Assembly (NCBI GenBank): GCA_012516125.1
Contig: JAAYXB010000058.1
Location: forward strand, 479 to 64,478
Length of the DNA: 64,000 nucleotides
Reading direction: 5' to 3'
Source: Bacillota bacterium
GTDB taxonomy: Bacteria; Bacillota; SHA-98; UBA4971
Part shown: positions 59,399 to 64,000 of the stretch, in pieces
Layout: each line of letters begins with the position of its first letter
Numbering within the stretch: the stretch's first letter is position 1
Made by a program: the position numbers and the translations under genes
The notes under the pieces: generated by a model
The model's input: only the letters and a program-made list of their open reading frames with translations
Databases searched by the model: none
Told to the model about the DNA's origin: nothing

Positions 59399-59597
59399 GC
59401 TAAGTAAGGTGTCGGTGGTTCCTCGCCGTGTGCCCATATCCGGTGGGTTAGCGGTATTGCACTCGGGGACAGCACCTCATGCGGGGTCGCTTCGCCGAAA
59501 TCCGGCCCGTCGGGCGAGTGGCCGGATTTTGACACCCTTCGTGCAACCGTCGGCACTCCCTCCCACAAGTGGGAAGCATTACCGCACCCTCACTTAG
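59399..59597. repeat. intergenic repeat element, copy C (long form) with terminal inverted repeats
   Basis: Left gctaagtaaggtg and right caccctcacttagc. Internal ggtattgcactcgggg box, perfect 11-bp hairpin AAAATCCGGCC/GGCCGGATTTT (59488-59520), and a small CCCAC-AA-GUGGG hairpin. Confidence 0.75.
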
Positions 59598-59755
59598 CCT
59601 TGTGCTGCCACTTTCTTTTGCTCTGTGGCTATTATGCGCAGAACAGAGGACGCATAGCAGCCGTGGTCAGTAGAGAAGCCTCGGCGGAACGGCAGGACTT
59701 CGACCAACAAGGACCAACAAGCATGCAGCGGCTGCGTCTCGTGATGAAGCGCTTC

Positions 59756-60682
59756 TCAGCCTGCACTTGATAGGTACCTCTCGCCGCCGTCAGGGAAGAC
59801 CACGACCACGAGACGCCCCTCGTTCTCCGGCCGGCCTGCGACGCGCACGGCGGCTGCAAGCGCGGCGCCTGAGGAGATGCCTGCCAGGATGCCCTCCTCC
59901 CTGGCAAGCCTGCTGGCCATCAGAACGGCGTCAGCGGTTGACACAGGCACGACTTCGTCTATGATGCCGACGTTCAACACGTCAGGCACAAACCCTGCGC
60001 CGATGCCCTGGATGCCGTGCCGTCCGGCCGGTCCGCCCTCGAGCACCCGGGACTCCTCCGGCTCCACCGCGACAACGCGCAGGCAAGGTTTCTTGGCCTT
60101 GAGAACTTCGCCCACCCCCGTGATGGTTCCGCCTGTGCCCACCCCCGCGACCACCACGTCCACCTTGCCGTCAGTGTCCTCCCAGATCTCCCTCGCCGTC
60201 GTTCTGCGATGAATGTCAGGGTTTGCGGGGTTTGTAAATTGCTGGGGCATGAACGCCCCAGGCGTCGAACCCGCGATAGCGGCGGCCCGGCGCACTGCTC
60301 CGGCCATCCCCTCGCCGGCGGGGGTAAGGACAACCTCAGCGCCGTAAGCCTCGAGGATCCTGCGCCTCTCGACGCTCATGGATTCAGGCATGGTCACGAT
60401 GAGGCGCAGGCCACGCGATGCGCAGAGCATCGCAAGGGCGATCCCCGTGTTGCCGCTGGTTGGCTCCACGACGACCGCCCCTGGTCCAAGCCTGCCATCC
60501 TTCTCAGCTGCGAGGAGCATCCCGAGGGCGGTGCGGTCCTTCACGCTCCCGCCTGGATTCATGAATTCCAGCTTCGCCGCGATCTGCGCCCGTAGCCCTC
60601 GAGCGATCCGACGGATCCTCACAAGGGGTGTCCTCCCGATAATGTCCTGCACGTTCTCGGCGATTCTCGCCACGACAATCAC
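59756..60682 (-). CDS. cysK: cysteine synthase A (O-acetylserine sulfhydrylase)
   Basis: PLP lysine [18 protein letters not shown] motifs. 308 aa. Confidence 0.9.
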   Translation of the reverse strand: MIVVARIAENVQDIIGRTPLVRIRRIARGLRAQIAAKLEFMNPGGSVKDRTALGMLLAAEKDGRLGPGAVVVEPTSGNTGIALAMLCASRGLRLIVTMPESMSVERRRILEAYGAEVVLTPAGEGMAGAVRRAAAIAGSTPGAFMPQQFTNPANPDIHRRTTAREIWEDTDGKVDVVVAGVGTGGTITGVGEVLKAKKPCLRVVAVEPEESRVLEGGPAGRHGIQGIGAGFVPDVLNVGIIDEVVPVSTADAVLMASRLAREEGILAGISSGAALAAAVRVAGRPENEGRLVVVVFPDGGERYLSSAG

Positions 60683-60920
60683 TCTCCTCGAACGCTTCTG
60701 CTGCCGGTGCGCGCCGCCACCAGCCGCATCATTCGTGCTGTGCGCGCTGCCTTGCGGGCAGACCTCTGCATTCCAGCGCTTTGTCCTGAACGCAGAGTAG
60801 CTTTTCTAGCCGCCGACTGCTTCCGGCCGCGTTCCGTGTAAGCTCGGCCTGCGCTCCGAATGCCCCGGCGCATCCAAAGCCCGGTCCGGCGTCCAACCCC
60901 TGGCGCATGGCGTCCTCATG

Positions 60921-60931
60921 TGCTATAATAC
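60921..60931 (+). promoter_or_regulatory. extended -10 promoter element TGcTATAAT upstream of cysE, followed by a ~150-nt structured leader
   Basis: Direct reading: tgTGCTATAATacag. Confidence 0.4.
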
Positions 60932-61090
60932 AGCAAACCCAAGTGAAATACTAGGATATTATAGGAAGTTGCCGGCGCGGCCTGTGGACGGGAACGTGCG
61001 CTGCGTGGACCCTGTGCGCGTGCCGAGTGCTGGCCGCAACGTCAAAGCCGCACGGATTCCTGAATTCATACTAGTTGGGGGGAACTTCCC

Positions 61091-61756
61091 ATGTTTGAGC
61101 GCATTCGCGAGGACATCAAGGTCGTATTCGAGCGGGACCCCGCAGCCAAGAACGTGCTCGAGGTCATCCTGTGCTACCCCGGGCTTCATGCTGTCATAGG
61201 GTACAGGATCGCCCATTTCTTCTATGAGAAGAAGATGTTCGTCATCGCAAGGCTCATCTCACACGTGGTGCGCTTCCTGACCGGGATAGAGATCCACCCT
61301 GGAGCGCGCATCGGACGCCGTCTCTTCATCGACCACGGCATGGGCGTCGTGATCGGCGAGACCACGGAGATCGGCGACGACGTCACCATCTACCAGGGGG
61401 TGACCCTTGGCGGCACCGGCAAGGAGAAGGGTAAGCGTCATCCGACCATTGGGAACCGCGTGGTCATAGCCGCCGGAGCGAAGGTGCTGGGGTCGTTCGA
61501 GGTCGGTGACGAGGCGAAGATCGGCGCCGGAGCCGTGGTGCTGAGGCCGGTGCCGGCCGGCGCGACCGTGGTGGGCGTGCCGGGCAGGGTCGTCGCCAGG
61601 TACGGCAGGCGCGTTCCGGGTATTGACCTCAACCACCAGAACCTGCCAGACCCCGTCCAGTCGGCGCTTGAAGCCCTCAGCCACAGGATAGAGGAACTCG
61701 AGGAGCGGCTGGAGAGCCTGGAGAAGGACTCGGAAGCCCGCTGTCTAATATCGTAA
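61091..61756 (+). CDS. cysE: serine O-acetyltransferase
   Basis: Left-handed beta-helix hexapeptide repeats [42 protein letters not shown]. 221 aa. Confidence 0.9.
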   Translation: MFERIREDIKVVFERDPAAKNVLEVILCYPGLHAVIGYRIAHFFYEKKMFVIARLISHVVRFLTGIEIHPGARIGRRLFIDHGMGVVIGETTEIGDDVTIYQGVTLGGTGKEKGKRHPTIGNRVVIAAGAKVLGSFEVGDEAKIGAGAVVLRPVPAGATVVGVPGRVVARYGRRVPGIDLNHQNLPDPVQSALEALSHRIEELEERLESLEKDSEARCLIS

Positions 61757-61966
61757 GGCAAAAGAGAAACCACAGGCAAATGCAAAGACGCGCCTCCGCG
61801 CCGCTCTCCACGTGGTCGCAGCACGCACGCCGCGGCGCGCTGTCGGTCTTGTCGGCCGACGCGCTGCCCACGCGGCGGCGCGCGACACGCCGGCGGCGCC
61901 GCCTCCGGGGAGGCCCCGAGACGCCTGCTCGTGGCAGCGGCCTCAAGTCCCAGGGAGGGGAGCACG

Positions 61967-62377
61967 ATGAACGAGGTTCTGGGGCGGATCAGAGAGTTCC
62001 ACGGCCATCTCGGTCCGTACGTGGTTATCGGTTACAGGATGGGGCTCCTTGCCCTCGAACAGCTCCGCGCGAAGAAGTACTTCGGCATCACGGTCGAGTC
62101 ATTCGCAGGAGATATACCCCCGGTTTCCTGCATGAACGACGGGCTGCAGCTCTCAACGGGATGCACGTTCGGTAAGGGCAACATCAGGAATATCGCGTCC
62201 GGCGACCCATGCGCTAGAATCACATCTGGCGGGAGAGCCGTGGTCGTCAGGCTCAAACCCGCTGTACAGCGGTCCCTCCCCGACGTCCTCAAGCATGAAA
62301 ACGAGGGGGCCGCTGCGGAGCACATCTTCGGCCTCCCAGACGAAGAGCTCTTCGACTGGGAGCCGGCGACGGACTGA
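61967..62377 (+). CDS. FwdE/FmdE-domain protein (formylmethanofuran-dehydrogenase subunit E-like; function unknown in bacteria)
   Basis: I place the start at MNEVLGRIREFHGHLGPYVVIGYRMG, the FwdE-family signature, with GGGAGGGGAG just upstream. Confidence 0.65.
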   Translation: MNEVLGRIREFHGHLGPYVVIGYRMGLLALEQLRAKKYFGITVESFAGDIPPVSCMNDGLQLSTGCTFGKGNIRNIASGDPCARITSGGRAVVVRLKPAVQRSLPDVLKHENEGAAAEHIFGLPDEELFDWEPATD

Positions 62378-62506
62378 ACGCGCCAGGGGCACATATCGCC
62401 AGTCGCTCACCCGGCCCGCGACTTTGGACCGGGCCGGGTCGGGTTTACGCCTCGGCGGATAGAGCAGCGTCTACCCGCGATGAACTCCGCGGAACCAGCC
62501 TGGCCA

Positions 62507-63937
62507 TTAGCTTTCCTCGCGGATCCTTCGGAGCACCTCAACGACGCCCCGCCCGCCGTCGACAACCACGAGATCCCCGGTGTGCAGCCTGGTCGTCGCC
62601 CCTTCGACCTGCAGCACCGCTGGAATTCCGTACTCCCTGGCAACCACAGCGCTATGGGACAGAAGGCCTCCCTCTTCAAGCACGATGGCAGACGCGACGT
62701 TGAAAAGGGGCATCCAACCCGGGTTTGCAAAGGGCGCCACCAGGACCTCGCCTTTCCGGAGGGTGCCCGCCTCGTCGAGAGATCGGATCACCCTGGCGAC
62801 ACCGCGAACCACCCCTGCCGAGCAGCCCACGCCCCTGTACGTCTGATGCGCGCTCTCAGCCTCCCTCACGAGAGGAGGCCCGGTATTCTGGCGGTTGAGG
62901 TATACCATGGCGACTGTATCCTCCGTGCTGCGTGCGCGAGGAGCCAGAGAACGCTTCGTGAGAATGCGAGCAGGCCCCGGCTGGATCACAGGTGGAGGGA
63001 CGAAGTTCCTGTACGCCACGGGGATGCGGCGCCTTCTCTTCACCGTCTCACGTACCTTCCGAAAGTCAGCTGACCCCTCAAGCAAGCCGAGCACTTCATC
63101 GCGGGACATCCAGAAGATATCGTCGTCCCCGTCGACCATGCCCCTTGCCGCCCAGCGCCTCCCCTGCTCCTTGAGGAAGCGCCTCGTATGGTACCTTGCG
63201 CGGCTCAGATACACACGCGTTTCCTCGCGCCACCACGCAAGATGCCTCACCAGTTCGAGCTGCGCGCGGAAGCCGTGAAGCCGGAAGGCGTTGAGCCAGG
63301 CGGCCCACCCCGGCGACCTTAGCATGCAGGCGGCGACCTCTTCCTCCTCCCTGCGCACCTGCTCCTGGCGGGCTATCTGCAGCCGCGGGTCCTCCCCGAC
63401 CTCTCCAGACAAACATGCCTGCAGCATCGAGAGAGGGAGGGCCACGTCCTCGGACCATCTTGGAACAGCGAGGTCCTCGTCAACCTCCGACATATAGCGG
63501 AACTCCGAGATGCACGCGGCGAACCGTCTCCAGAACTCCCCCAAATCGGGCGGCTCGCCGCCCGTGGTACACGAGCCGTCCCCTGCCTCGGCCTCCCATC
63601 GTCTGAACACCTCCGAGAGCTCCCAGGGCGACAGCCTCTTCAGATTGTCTGCAACCACGGGCCTTGCCTCGGCAAACCTGGCAAGCTCCCAGAGAGCAGC
63701 CAGGGGCCTCGCCGTGGCCATTCGGGAGATGCCGGTGAGAAGACGGGCCTCGGATACCGCCCTGCCTGCTCTTTTCGCGTGCCTGTTTAGCTTCTCTACC
63801 GTGGCATGAAAGTCGTCCTGGGCCTGCGTCCCGAGGAGAGAGATCACGAGGGCCCAGCGGTTGGCCTGCCAGTGCAGGTCGATGGCGAACTTCGCCCACG
63901 ACTTGAGGTCCGCGTCGTCAAGCGCTTCCGGCTTCAC
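62507..63937 (-). CDS. PEP-utilising-enzyme swivel (phosphohistidine) domain protein with a large N-terminal helical domain; probable downstream half of a split PEP-synthase/RPH-like enzyme
   Basis: C-terminal GGLLSHSAVVAREYGIPAV mobile-His motif. No ATP-grasp domain in this ORF. An upstream minus-strand ORF ends at ~63983, beyond the window. Confidence 0.6.
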   Translation of the reverse strand: MKPEALDDADLKSWAKFAIDLHWQANRWALVISLLGTQAQDDFHATVEKLNRHAKRAGRAVSEARLLTGISRMATARPLAALWELARFAEARPVVADNLKRLSPWELSEVFRRWEAEAGDGSCTTGGEPPDLGEFWRRFAACISEFRYMSEVDEDLAVPRWSEDVALPLSMLQACLSGEVGEDPRLQIARQEQVRREEEEVAACMLRSPGWAAWLNAFRLHGFRAQLELVRHLAWWREETRVYLSRARYHTRRFLKEQGRRWAARGMVDGDDDIFWMSRDEVLGLLEGSADFRKVRETVKRRRRIPVAYRNFVPPPVIQPGPARILTKRSLAPRARSTEDTVAMVYLNRQNTGPPLVREAESAHQTYRGVGCSAGVVRGVARVIRSLDEAGTLRKGEVLVAPFANPGWMPLFNVASAIVLEEGGLLSHSAVVAREYGIPAVLQVEGATTRLHTGDLVVVDGGRGVVEVLRRIREES

Positions 63938-64000
63938 CTCGTCCCACTTGCGCTCATTTGCGTCAAACCACGAGATAAAACGTCTAGCCTCCTCGACCGC

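Noticed and set aside
1-64000. CRISPR arrays, rRNA genes, IS/transposase or integrase genes
   Set aside because: No regularly spaced direct repeats with unique spacers, no rRNA-like conserved blocks, and no ORF with transposase or integrase motifs were seen. The only tandem repeats are the short GTCAGG tract and the dispersed repeat family.

Overview
This is a high-GC (~65-68%) stretch of bacterial chromosome from an endospore-forming Firmicutes-like organism; spo0A, sleB-ypeB and spoIID are all present. Genes are tightly packed, many with 4-nt ATGA overlaps, and most lie on the minus strand. I found no rRNA, CRISPR array, IS/transposase or obvious phage block. Main contents, in order along the window:
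- sigma54-controlled hydrogenase/FDH-type module: partial NuoF-like and NuoE-like subunits, preceded by a -24/-12 promoter, tandem GTCAGG repeats and a sigma54 activator whose N-terminus is a 2x[4Fe-4S] ferredoxin domain.
- Two fused ABC exporters, then pdaD-speB (putrescine synthesis), a TrkH/KtrB K+ transporter, a holin-like small gene beside tRNA-Arg(CCG), and spo0A.
- A sleB-ypeB germination operon translationally coupled to a GGR-family flavoprotein, followed by a Fur/PerR-like regulator overlapping a rubrerythrin-type gene.
- An alpha-oxoamine synthase + Zn-ADH pair, then Nif3, HtrA and a phosphohexomutase.
- A cobalamin-riboswitch-controlled operon: btuF-like binding protein, FecCD permease, ATPase, cobO adenosyltransferase, with the phosphohexomutase start abutting the cobO stop.
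- feoA plus a frameshifted (split) feoB.
- Methionine-salvage genes (Cys/Met PLP lyase, MTA phosphorylase-like, mtnA), class-I fumarate hydratase alpha/beta, and tldD-pmbA.
- A GldA/F/G-like ABC-2 system with a DUF4340 protein.
- An uncharacterised 2-hydroxyacyl-CoA-dehydratase-like radical system (two HgdA/B-type subunits plus an activase), divergent from a short-form LeuA/LeuC/LeuD/LeuB-like 2-oxoacid chain-elongation cluster.
- copA, spoIID, cysK, cysE, an FwdE-domain protein and a PEP-utilising swivel-domain protein.
The most unusual non-genic signal is a family of at least five intergenic repeat elements. They share a 5' box GGTRTTGCRCTC and a 3' box CTCACTTAGCC, carry internal hairpins with compensatory changes, and two copies are flanked by ~14-bp terminal inverted repeats. 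This looks MITE-like or like a structured small RNA.
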